Assembly: GCA_900617105.1 (NCBI GenBank)
Contig: UYFQ01000562.1
Span: 1-64,000, forward strand
Direction: 5' to 3'
Origin: Hydrurus foetidus
Lineage: Eukaryota
Length of the DNA stretch: 64,000 bases
Shown here one piece after another: positions 45,601 to 57,569 of this stretch; the first letter of the stretch is position 1, and every line of letters begins with the position of its first letter. A program made the translations under genes and the position numbers. The notes beneath the pieces are model-generated. The model ran no database searches, was not told the origin of the DNA, and worked only from the letters and a program-made list of their open reading frames with translations.

Positions 45601-48600
45601 CTATTTAGTTTTTCTTTCAGTGTGGCGCATTCTTTTTTCGACTCTGCTGCAGCACTTTCCAACTCACGTAATCCCGCACTATTTCCATCGACTACAACAC
45701 CCGGATTCGTCTGATTTTGAGAGGAAATCAGCGCTAACTCCTCCACATGTTGAGTGTGCATCTCTTCTATCAGAGAGGAGTAGTGCTCACGCAGCCCCGC
45801 GAGCTCCTCTGACAGCTGGTCGTTCCTGGCAACCTTCTGCTTCACTTTAGAATGTTCTTTGTCCATGGCTGACAGACATTCCGATAGTCTGAGTGTAATA
45901 GGACGTATGCGTAAGGTACGTACGTGCGATTTGAGATTTATGGCTTTCTGTGTTGGGCTTTCAGAGGGAATGTTTGTGAGTGTGCAGTCATCAAACCTCA
46001 ATTTCAACACACAGACAAACGCATGTACATACACTCTATGTTGCAAGATACTCACATACAAATAAACACATTCATACACACCCCCACTCATACGAATACA
46101 CACGTAAATAAAGTAAGTACATACGAACACACCCACACAATTCTAACACCTACCTCTCCACGGATCCCTCAGGGGATGCGAAATCCGTCAGACCCATAAT
46201 CCGCATTATGTCCCCCACACGGGACACCGCACTGGTTATGCTGTACTGACAGGACTGCATAGCACGTACGATGTCGTGTGTATGTTCTGACGGGGAGAGA
46301 GCTGGGTCTGAGATCCGCTCTGTGGATACAAAGGGGGAGTCAATATGTTGGTAAGTGAGTGAGTGAAAAGGAGAGTGTGTGAGTGAATAAATAGACAAGT
46401 GAATGAGTAATTGATTAAGTGAATGAGTAGAAAAGTAGCTCAGTAAAAAGGTAAGCAAAAAAGTAAGTTCGTAACAATGTCATAAATGACACGACATGAC
46501 ATGACATGAGTTGCACTGTGATCCATGACATGGTATTGCACTACATGTTGCAGTGGATGAGAGCAAGACATAACGTGACGTCACAATCCTGAGATAGAGG
46601 GTTTCATGCGCAACATGCAACAGTGTGCACAGATGAGCGACTTCAGATTACAGAACATGGCTTTTCGTATCGCCAGGCTCTGTCAATTTGATCTTTGGCA
46701 TCTTATCAAATTTGATTGATCATATCACGTCTCATTTTTGATCACGTCAAATTTGATTGACGTCTCATTTTATCATATCACACCACACCCCATCGCTTTA
46801 AATTGCATGTTATTCCGTCACCTTACGTCATGTCTAACATCACGACATCACACGATCTCTTATGAAATCACACTACATCCCATCATGTTATTCCATCACA
46901 TTACGTCATGTCTAACATCATGACATCACACGATCTCTTATGAAATCACACCACATCCCATCATGTTATTCCATCACATTACGTCATGTCTAACATCATG
47001 ACATCACACGATCTCTTATGAAATCACACTACATCCCATCATGTTATTCCGACACCTTACGTCATGTCTAACATCATGACATCACACGATCTCTTATGAA
47101 ATCACACCACATCCCATCATGTTATTCCGTCACATTACGTCATGTCTAACATCATGACATCACACGATCTCTTATGAAATCACACCACATCCCGTCATGT
47201 TATTCCATCACATTACGTCATGTCTAACATCACGACATCACACGATCTCTTAAGAAATCACACTAAATCCCATTCCATCACACCAAATTTCATCATATCA
47301 CATCTCAAGTCACCACATCCCATCACACCACATCCTACGAAACGACATCACATCACCTCTGATCCCATTCCATCTCGTCTGTTCTCATCACATCGCACCT
47401 CATCGCATCACGTCTCACCTCATTTTATTCCATCCCATCTCATTTCATCTCATCACTTCGCAAGAGCAGTCAACAGTGGTGTCATACAATGTGTGTGAGT
47501 AATCTGAAGTGGCATCTAATCCCACTTACCAGATAGTTCGGCACTTGGGTCGATACCTAGCGCTGCTAAGAGGTGGAGGGCAGTGCGTACTAGTTCTGCA
47601 AATGTGTTCTCGTCCACTCTCACCCCAATGTTCGTACCGCTTGGGGACGATTCTGTGAGCAATAGGTCTACAGGGGCACACGGTGACTGCAACCTGTAAA
47701 TAGAGGAAGAGAAAGAGGTGGAGATAGCAGCAAATGGAGTTAGAGAAGCAAGATGTCAACAGCTCGATATGGAGACTGAAAGAAGGAAGGGAGAAAGAGA
47801 GGAATGGCGGTAATGTGCTGGAGGAGAAAAGAGAGATATAACCGAATAATGCGCGTCGAGAGAAAAGAAATGCGTTTTTTTCAATAGCACAGCACTTCGT
47901 TTCATTCCCTCTCAAGGGGATGAATGGAGAGGATCGCATGCGTATACATAGAGTGCCATAAATGGTTACATCTCACGCTGCAGTGAGGAATCAATGCATG
48001 AAAGCTCAATGATAGAAGTGATATTAAAGTGCATACATCAATAAATACAACATAGAACTCTTACTTCCGCCATGTTCTGTTCTGTAATGTCATGACGCAT
48101 TTGTAAGCAGTGTTACCTGTTAGATTCCATTTCCGACTCGGCGAGCCACAGCTGTTGCTTCAACTCGGCATTTCTGGACTCTAGATCCACGATCCTTTTC
48201 TCCCTGTGAAATGTTGTGTGGTGTTATGTGAGAATCATGATAGCTGTTAGGCGACATCAAGCTTCACACTGGGCCGTACTTAAGTGTGCTGAACTACACT
48301 GCACTGCAATATGCTATACTACATCACACTAAAGCAAACACCGCGCAATCTTCCTCTGATTGATGATACACAACGCCTTCAGCATATCATACTACGCTAC
48401 TTCACACTGTACCCAGCAGTGAGTCATACCGCTATATAAGTCATGACGCTACGCATCACTCCATACCAAGCAACATCACGTGTTCTCCATCAGTTCATAT
48501 CATACTACGCTACTTCACACTGTACCCAGCAGTGAGTCATACCGCTATATAAGTCATAACGCTACGCATCACTCCATACCAAGCAACATCACGTGTTCTC

Positions 48601-51600
48601 CATCAGTTCATATCATACTACGCTACTTCACACTGTACCCAGCAGTGAGTCATACCGCTATATAAGTCATGACGCTACGCATCACTCCATACCAAGCAAC
48701 ATCACGTGTTCTCCATCAGTTCATATCATACTACGCTACTTCACACTGTACCCAGCAGTGAGTCATACCGCTATATAAGTCATAACGCTACGCATCACTC
48801 CATACCAAGCAACATCACGTGTTCTCCATCAGTTCATATCATACTACGCTACTTCACACTGTACCCAGCAGTGAGTCATACCGCAATATAAGTCATGACG
48901 CTACGCATCACTCCATACCAAGCAACATCACGTGTTCTCCATCAGTTCATATCATAAAGCACAAGTGTCACGTAATTCTATCAAACACCCCACACAGAGT
49001 CGAGGAGTTACGCGAAACTCGCCTGCCCATTTCGTACGGCACCGGTCCTCTCAGATCCTCCTCAAGCAACTCGATCTTCTTTTCCCTTTGGGTCAACAAG
49101 TTTTGAAGTGCGTCACGTTCTGTGTCAAGTTGCAGAATGCTCTCCTTTAGGGCCACAATTGTCTGCTCAAATTCTGCCTTCTGAGAGTTCTCGTTATCAT
49201 CACTGTTCCGATCGGAATGATCACCATTATGTGCGTTTGTGCCATTAGATATCATTTTATATTTTTCATTTCCTTCTGCTCGGATGCTCAGCGATTCTAT
49301 CCGGTCCATGAGTTGTTTCAGATCCACGTTGGAGAACTCACCGGTTTTGGATTTGTTCTGCAGTTGAGACTCGTACTGACGTACTAAATAATTCAATAAG
49401 AAAGAGTAGGAATTCAGAGGAGGGTGCGTCATTGTGATATGGCGAGAGGAAAAGAAGGAGACAAGAGACAGCACACAGCTCAATATAAAATAGAGACTAC
49501 AGCGGGGAGGCTACAGAACATATGGACTAGAAGAAAGATAAGGTACTTCGAGTAGAACACCCCCACCCACACAGGCACATACGTATGAACAGTCTGTTCT
49601 AGACGCACACATACTTACCGCACACACTTTCACAACCACCGATTCACTCATAAACAAAAAAACCGCATCTTATCCCCACATACGCGCATCACTTCAACAC
49701 CCACACGAAGACACGTACACTCACACTAAGAGTGCGTACGTACTTGTTTTCTCCGCCCCTTCTGCTCTCTTTCTCAAAGAATCCGCTTCAGCAGTGATGG
49801 CTGCTTCACCGCGCAACATTCCTTCCAAATCGTCACTCCTGGCGACCAGTTCTTCTTCAAGCAGAAGGATCTTGGACCTGGATATGGTCAGATTCCGCTC
49901 ATGTTCCAACATCTGCTCATGTGCTAAATTAGCTGCTATTTCAGATTCTTTTTTCTGCGCTTCTAACGATGCAAGACATTCTTCGAGCTCTACTATTTTC
50001 AAAGACAATTCCTTGATTTCTGTACTGAGTTCTTCAGCACGGATATCAGTACGTACAGTATCAGCATCGTAAGTACCGGTTATTGAAAAGGTGGAGATTT
50101 TTTCTTCTAATTCTTGAATTTTTTCTTTTTGCATTTCTACTATTTCCCTCAAAGAACATTCTTCCGCACTTCCTCCTCCTTTGTTCCCTCCTGAGTACAA
50201 GTCAAATATTCCTTTTCTGATTCCTTCCACTTGAAGTTCATAGTATGCTTTGAAGCCCAGAGAGAAAAATAATTCAGATGGTAACTTTGTGGCACTGGCA
50301 TGAGAATTCCTGAATACAGAAAATAGGGTTAAAAACCGTGTCGATCAGATGCCGTGATTTCATTGGTTTCTTGGTTTGCATCCGTGATGGAGAAGAGCAG
50401 AGGGAAATGAAATAAGGTAATCAGTATGACACCGTACGATGCGCGCTGTTCGCACAATTGATAAGTACACAGGAATAACTGTTCTGTCCTACATCGATAT
50501 GTACGTGCGCATTGTAGAGCACAAAAGACGCACTCGCACTCGTAACTTCTACCAAATGATGACGGCAAAACATACCTCGAGGCGGTCAGCGGCCTGCGCA
50601 ACATCTCCACAAATCTTGTCAATCCGATCCTCGAATCAACCATGCTGAGGAAAGAGCGCTGGGTAAGGTGGTTGGACTGATCCTCTTGAGCGCCCTCGGT
50701 CTGAGGGACATCTTTCAAGGCAGTGAAGCAGGAGCCAAGGAAGAAGCAAGCGGCCACCTGTGTCATATGGACGGTACGATGTACCAGGATATTACGTGAC
50801 ATAGAAACAGAGACAAATCGCTGCATCATTCGCAATAATACACCACACAAATTATTCCACAGCTACTAAATTCGAGATGTTATCACCCACACTTTTGGCA
50901 CTATCGATGAAAACATAATGTCAGAGATGTACGTACTGTGTCTGCAGAGTGTGCGTGTTGTGCGTACGTACCTGTACAGTGACGGGCACTCCCGCTGACT
51001 CGCTCATGGTGGTGGCGAGGTCCACCACGAAGAAGTTAGAGGGGTCCTCTAGCAGCTGAGAGGGCGAGGATTGAAACGGATGGATTGTAGAAGTAAGAGG
51101 GATTAAAGCGTGCAGAAATGAAAAAAAAATGAGGGGGGAAAGGTGAAAAGGGATAGGGGTAGAGGCGAGAGAATGGAGATGTGCGAAATAGTGCATCAGT
51201 ATGAGAGTCCAAAAAAATGGTAACATCAGAAATTATCACAACTATTCCGATTGGATGGGTGATTCTTGCTCAATGTGCGCTATCGGACATACGATTCATA
51301 ACAAACAATACCTGTCTGGCCGCCACGTCACACCCCCCCACTATGGTGCTCAATAGTCTCAGCAGACTCACTAGCAACACGTGACCCGCTCCAGGGATAC
51401 GAGCAGCCTTACCAGCAGTGGCGAGCAGAAACGGCAAAAGAGGCTGAGATCCGTTCTGAGGCACAGCTTTGCCTAGAATCACGGATATTAGGGAATACCG
51501 GTGAAGTCAAAGATGCTGTCTAAGTGGATGTTTTTACGTCTGCTGTGAGGCACACTGCTTACCTGATAAACCTGTGTGTGCTGTACTAATGACCGTGCTC

Positions 51601-53446
51601 AATTCTCTAGCAAGCTGCCCCCCACCCAAGAACAGAAGAGTAAGAACATTCGCACTACGCTCCACAACACTCACGTCAACATTCACCGCATTCGCCACAT
51701 TACCCCCTAAAAACCGGCCGGACCCATCCAAAAGGGTGGTGAGTAAAATGGCCCCTAAAGGTCTGATCGTTTCTAATGCGGCTGCTTCCCCTCTTGCAAG
51801 GTCTTCGTCTCTAGCGGATGGAGGGGGCGGTGCGAGTATGTACTGTATCAACATGTCGCATGTCGTTGGGTCAGCGCGGAGTAGAGTCTCCAGCACATGG
51901 AGACATTGGAGGGACAGGCCGTCTTTAACCGTAATAGCCCGCACCACCCCGCCATCACTTTGCATTGCAGAAGGAGCAGTCCATGCCGTACTGGTGAATA
52001 TGTATCGCTCTGACAGCAGAGCAGGCACCGTGATGAACCTTCTGTCGTCAGTGGGTAGCGGTCTCCATCCGAAGTATATAGCCGGCACCTCCCCCCCCAA
52101 AGGATAGGACCTCCCACTGATTGAGGGGCTGACCTCCACCATGATGTCCGCCACATGGGCAGCTACCTCAGAATTGCTCTCCACCACTCTAGCCAACAGT
52201 TGCAGCGCAGCTTCTAGCAACTCATCCGGTCCTTTCCGCGCTACCCAAAATGCTGCTGACGAAACTGCTCCTGTCTGACAGGCCACTACCTTCTGATGCT
52301 TCGCATTCACAACTTCAAGTGCGCCTGCTATTGCTTTTAGTGCCAGTGTTGCACAGCCCACGCGCACAGGATTCTCAAACCAAGCTCCCTCCTCGAAGTC
52401 TTCACTGTTCTGATTTAGAGAGTTATCGACTTTTACATTTTCCACTTGTAATGGATCAAAGAATTGATGCAAATTAAGAACCCACTCTTTCCCCATTCCG
52501 AAGAAAAATCTTTGACATATTTCACTGCCGGATAAAATATTGCTGCAAATCCGTAAACAATCTTGGACGACTATTCCGGAATCTGCACAGCCCCCTTCAC
52601 TTCTAATGATCCCAAATAGTATCTCGAAGCCCTGTTGAGATTATCAGAATAAATTATTGCCAACAGGGCGAATTTAGACAGGATTTGTAGAGAACTCTTG
52701 CAAGTTTTTACAGCGTCTGGAGCACTTCATTTTTATTTTTGCCAATTGTGAGGTCACAATACAGTATCGCGGAATGCATATATCATAATGAACTCACTTC
52801 ATTAAAGACGACTGTCTTCTTCATCTCTTCATTAAGTACTGTCAATTGCTGCACTAGAACTATCGCTTGGTTGCTAACTTCCTCCCTATTTCTGTCAGGT
52901 AGTCGTTGGAGCAGTTTATTCATCCCTAAAACATATTTAAGATCATACGTAAATGTCGATGCTAACAACAATTGAACGAGAAAAATAAAAAATGGCGGAA
53001 ATCCCGAGAGAGTTACAAAACATTGACGAACCATCGGGGCAGTCTTGAATGCAAGATTCAAGCTTTAGAGGTGCGATCGCATGTACTTCTGTGAGAAGCT
53101 GACTCGCCATTACGCCGACAGTCAAATCCTCATGCTCCAAGAGATCGAGAAGCAATTCAACATTACCATTATTGGAGAGAATAATTTCAGTGTTTGCTGA
53201 AGCAGCAACACGATCTCTAACTTTTATCAGTCTATCGATAAGATCCAGAGACTCCTGATATTCCTCAGCACTACCCTGTTCTTTCAAGAAATCCAATACT
53301 TTCTGCAACGCAATTTCCCCAACAAGAGAAGCTTCTGTCCGAGAGAGAGTTTGAAGTTCCACAATGACATCAATTCTCTCTGAAGCTGTCGCGTTCTCGA
53401 GACGGTTTCTTAATTGCTTTACTTTAACGACTGCAGGTTGAGACAT
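39658..53446 (-). CDS. USO1: Uso1/p115 Golgi vesicle-tethering factor, ~20 exons, very long coiled coil
   Basis: Armadillo-like head: LENAT..ERIDVI..LQTLSR, NVELLLDLLE, CPDGMNKLLQRL.DRNREEV, KKTVVFNEGFEILFGII..EGG...GIVVQDC..ICSNIL, and later QVAACFFLG. Extensive coiled-coil exons follow. The C-terminal exons read LTQEHSDLLGLLAQQEIEL and ...AIEAYGTY...NSP*. One apparent frame break at ~44214-44330. Confidence 0.85.
39923..39974. repeat. (CATCA)n microsatellite in a USO1 intron
   Basis: About 10 perfect units. Confidence 0.9.
46808..47262. repeat. 78-bp tandem repeat, ~5-6 copies, in a USO1 intron
   Basis: CACGATCTCTTA recurs at 46851, 46929, 47007 and onward with period 78. Confidence 0.9.
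48384..48955. repeat. 113-bp tandem repeat, ~5 copies, in a USO1 intron
   Basis: Near-identical spurious ORF starts at 48480, 48593, 48706, 48819 and 48932 give a period of 113. Confidence 0.95.
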
Positions 53447-54357
53447 TGTTTGAAATAGCGCGAAAAAATTGCAGGTGGTGAATCAGCAGCTTGCAGATTT
53501 GGGCTACTTCATTTTCGACGGTAGCTCTTCAACGAAACTTTGGATGCCTGAGCCGGTGTGATCGGTGACGTGAAACAGATCGAGAATCGAGATGCAAAAG
53601 TCTTCGACTCAAAAAATTTCGAAGTCGTTGATATGGGCCAGATCTGGGATCTGGGACTCGGACTTTTAAAAAACCCAGACCTCAGAATCCCAGAATCCCA
53701 GATTTAGGGCTCGATTCCAATTTTGGAAAATTTGGATTGATGTGGTGTGTGGTGGGATCCTGCTTAGGAGATCCAGAGATAAGCTGATATCTTGCTTTAA
53801 ATTGCCTGCAATCGCTGGCCTAACTACAATAAATTTACTGTCTGTTCCTTCTGCTCTGTATCACTTGAGAGAGGGGAGTTACAGCTTCATTCGATCCAGT
53901 TGAATCATTTACTTAGTAGGTAAATGAATGAACAGACTTCGAGAAGAAATGTTCTTTTTAAAAAAATAGATCGGCACAAATTTCGAGAATATGGGAATTC
54001 ACAATATTCTTGAAGAACTTTTGTGTATTGTCATCGAGTGAGATAAGAGATATGGTTAAAATGGCAGCGATGGGTATTGTCAGGCTGTCGGTGCCTCTCG
54101 TCGTCCACTAAATGCTTTGACACGACACTGAATATAACACTGCACCACATAGACTGACACGAAGTAGTCATCTCACATCACACCTAGTGATGCAATGTGA
54201 GGTGCAGTGAATTGCGACATCGCATACCAAATGACTTCACTCTGAAATACGTGTAGAACGTTTCATTTCTTCCCTGGGCGTGATAAAATAGTGGTCGTGA
54301 TGATAATCATGCTATTCGATTTATGATACAACTCAAAATTGGTGCAAAAACAGCGCG

Positions 54358-56811
54358 CTAATCTTCTCTGAAATCCTCATCAACTTCAACTTCAACTTCA
54401 AGATCTTCATCTTCGTCCTCTGATTCTACTGAATCCTCTTCATCATCATTATCAATCGACTCATCGTCTCCCTCTTCTGCATTTCCCTCTTCTCCTTCCT
54501 CTTCTTCATTTCCCTCTTCTCCTTCCTCCTCTTCATTTCCCTCTTCTCCTTCCTCTTCTTCATTTCCCTCTTCTGCTTCCTCTTCTGCATTTCCCTCTTC
54601 TCCTTCATCTTCTTCTGCATTTCCCTCATTCTCTTCCTCTTCACTATCCGCCTGAAGATCATCCTCCTCCTCATCGATCTCATCAGAGCCTTCTACTTGA
54701 ACACTGTCCGCCTCAAGATCGTCTTCATTGCTCCGATCCATTTCATCCACATCCCCACTCTCACCCTCTAACACTACCTCTACCTCTACATCTCCACTCC
54801 CAAGCAGCTTCTGCAACGCCAGCATAATCGTGCTGATGACGTCATCTAGCCATTTGTTCTGTTTTGATTGGGGTAATATGGGGCCCGGGCCGAGGGGCTT
54901 TGGCTGGGGTAAAATGGGTCTAGATTGATCCTTCCCAGTGAACCAGTTGGCACTCTCTATTGCAATGACCTGAAGGTGTGAAATGGTAGCAACAACGATG
55001 ACAGTAACGCCTTGTTCTCTTAGAATATGTGGCATGGAAACATACAAAACAATGGCGTAAATACGTTAAAGCAGCAAATTTAACCGGTTTCGTTTCACTA
55101 AACGATTCCAGAGTAAAAATTGCACAGGTGTTACTGATGGGCTTACTTGTTGAGGAGCCGGTAACAGCGGCATAAGGAACTCGATATGCGGTATAACTGG
55201 TAAAACCAAATACTGTATAATCTGGATTTGATAGGAATGTCGGGCAATGTGAGTGTTAGGGTTGAGAGTCTTAGGGTTGAGAGTGTTAGGATTAAGAATG
55301 TTAGAACAGGTGACTAGAAGTGGAAGTGTCACGGCAAATATATGGTAGTGTTGAATAATCGTATACAAAACGTTGTTCAGTAAGGAAGTGTTCATTGAAA
55401 TTCAAGATTGTGGTTAAACATAAAACGAGACAGTGGATCTTCGACCGCAGATTAAATACCTTATGAAGGAGACGAAGCTGACGCAACTTCGAAAGCCACA
55501 AAAATGGAACTAGCAGCAATAGGAATTGAGTGGCAGCTACTGATGTCGTGCCGTAAAAAGCGAAAATCTGTCATGAAAACGAACAGCACGGAATGCAATA
55601 CAGTTGAATACAAGAAGAGGTGGTGGAACAAGAGGCGAAAGGATTAAGAGATAATTGAAATTAGCATGGAATTTGTGGCAGAAATCGCCGTGCCTTTAGA
55701 GAGTTCTGTTCGACTCACTCGAGTCTAGTTCAGCTTTGGTATGGTAGATCGTATCGGATAAGGAGAAAGTAATCCGAACCGATTCCTCGGAAGATCAGAC
55801 AGCTTTAACAATTGGAAAGCATTACTCACACAAATAACATAATGATAGAAGACACAACTCTTCGATTCAAACCAGTTGGACTTCAGTATTAATAATTTGG
55901 ACAGTTTGACTTACCCCCAAGAGGACAGAGTAGTACAGGAAGCTTCTAATCCCGCGCATATTCAGATCGAACTCTTTCGCTAGAGCAGCAGTGAGAGGCG
56001 TGGTTTCCTTTCGTTTGCCTCGCCAGGCAGCAGTGTCGTCTGTGTGAGTCTCTGGCTCTCTCTCCCTTTCAAGCGCTTCCGCGATATCTTCTGAGTATGT
56101 CTCGTAGAGGGTTCTATTCACGGAATCAAACATGTCCCGATACAGTCCAGATTCAAGATGCACAGGAGCGCTGGTAGTCTCATTTGCTTCCTTTTCCGGA
56201 ACATCATTGTACGATGCCATCATTTTTGCCCCTAAATATGACTGCTGAACTATCAATGCTGCATGCGCCTCTAGGGCCTGAGATATCGACAACGTTTTAT
56301 TATACACACTGGTTCCCGAAAGCATGTCCAGAAGAATGGGTGTTGGGGTAGTGATTGTTATATTTCCGACTAATTCCTCATCACTTAATGCTCTAGCTCC
56401 TAGGAAAAGTCGTTGCAGCCCTGTTGGCGGACATCCGGGAAATTTCTTCTCTATCAGTGACTTCAATTCTGCAATTGTTGAGTTCCTAGAGATCGTAAGC
56501 CTTTTCTTTTTATCAAGAAATACAGAACCGACAGAGGTCGAAACAAGAATGGCACAGTTTTCTACTGGTGCTGCCGCCTCATTGGAGTTCACCCCAGAAG
56601 TAGCTGCATCTGAACCACCTCTCACCCGCATAATCTTACCAAAATGCGGCCTTTTGACTGATGGTTTCCTCTCCAAGCATTTAAAATCAACAGCCTTCGC
56701 TTTGTTAGTGATATGAGATAACTGGACTACCTTTCCATGAGAATTCCTCAACTGGCAGCACAATATGATAAATAGCAGGAAAGCACGATATGCACCACCA
56801 TCGACTTTCAT
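54358..56811 (-). CDS. Signal-peptide protein with an RGG motif, a ubiquitin-like (HERP-type) domain, transmembrane segments and a long acidic tail; 4 exons
   Basis: ATG at 56811. Hydrophobic leader, then MRVRGG, then the UBL-like segment STIAELKSLIEKKFPGCPPTGLQRLFLGARALSD. Approximate exons 55916-56811, 55459-55566, 55149-55229, 54358-54969. Hydrophobic stretches FLYYSVLLGIFAFYG and FLLLLVPFLWL. E/D-rich tail with EEGEEGN repeats. Confidence 0.75.
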
Positions 56812-57569
56812 GACTAGGAAAAATTCGCTGTTGACCAAACGCTAAGTTTTCTTCAGGTTCATCGATTAGAACAACGAAATGCCACGCTGGCAGTATCTGT
56901 CTCATAAATAACTGGTCTTTGCGTGTCATGTGTCAATCGATGTGATGGGTAAGCTTTGCTATGAGATGGGATCCACTGCACTAAAAATGGTAAATTCAGT
57001 ACCTAATGTAGGTCACATAATAATATGTATCATGACTGTGCACGGTCTTGGAAAAACACTATTTTCAATGAAGAGAAATCAAACCCCTCAGTTTTAAAGA
57101 GTTGCATCGAAGTAGTCATAGTTATTTAGAAAATAAATAAATAGATTGCCGCAAAATTTGAATAGAGGAACGAAACTTTCTGATGACATATCACCGAAAT
57201 AAAGTCAGAGAATTCCGTTGATGTAAAGAGGTTTTGAGATGATATGGTGCAATCAATCATAATGTGACTGGTAAGATTAACTTGCGAATAAAAGTAAGAA
57301 ATAATCTGCGAGGGCATTATAGTGAGCGGCTTCACAAGGCTGTGGCATACAGACTGTAAACCAAAGTACGTGTAATTAATGGTCTCCTACAGAAACGTAC
57401 CGGTACATGCTGTGGGTGCGGCAGCATGTCGTACTCGATACAGTTGAGTAAAATAAAGTCTTCCGACAGTAATCATAACATGTTCAGAACAGAAAAGTAA
57501 AATTGAAGATTTCGAAATAAAAATGTGACACCAGTACTTCGGTGTTGCATACTAGGGTGGTATAGGAGT

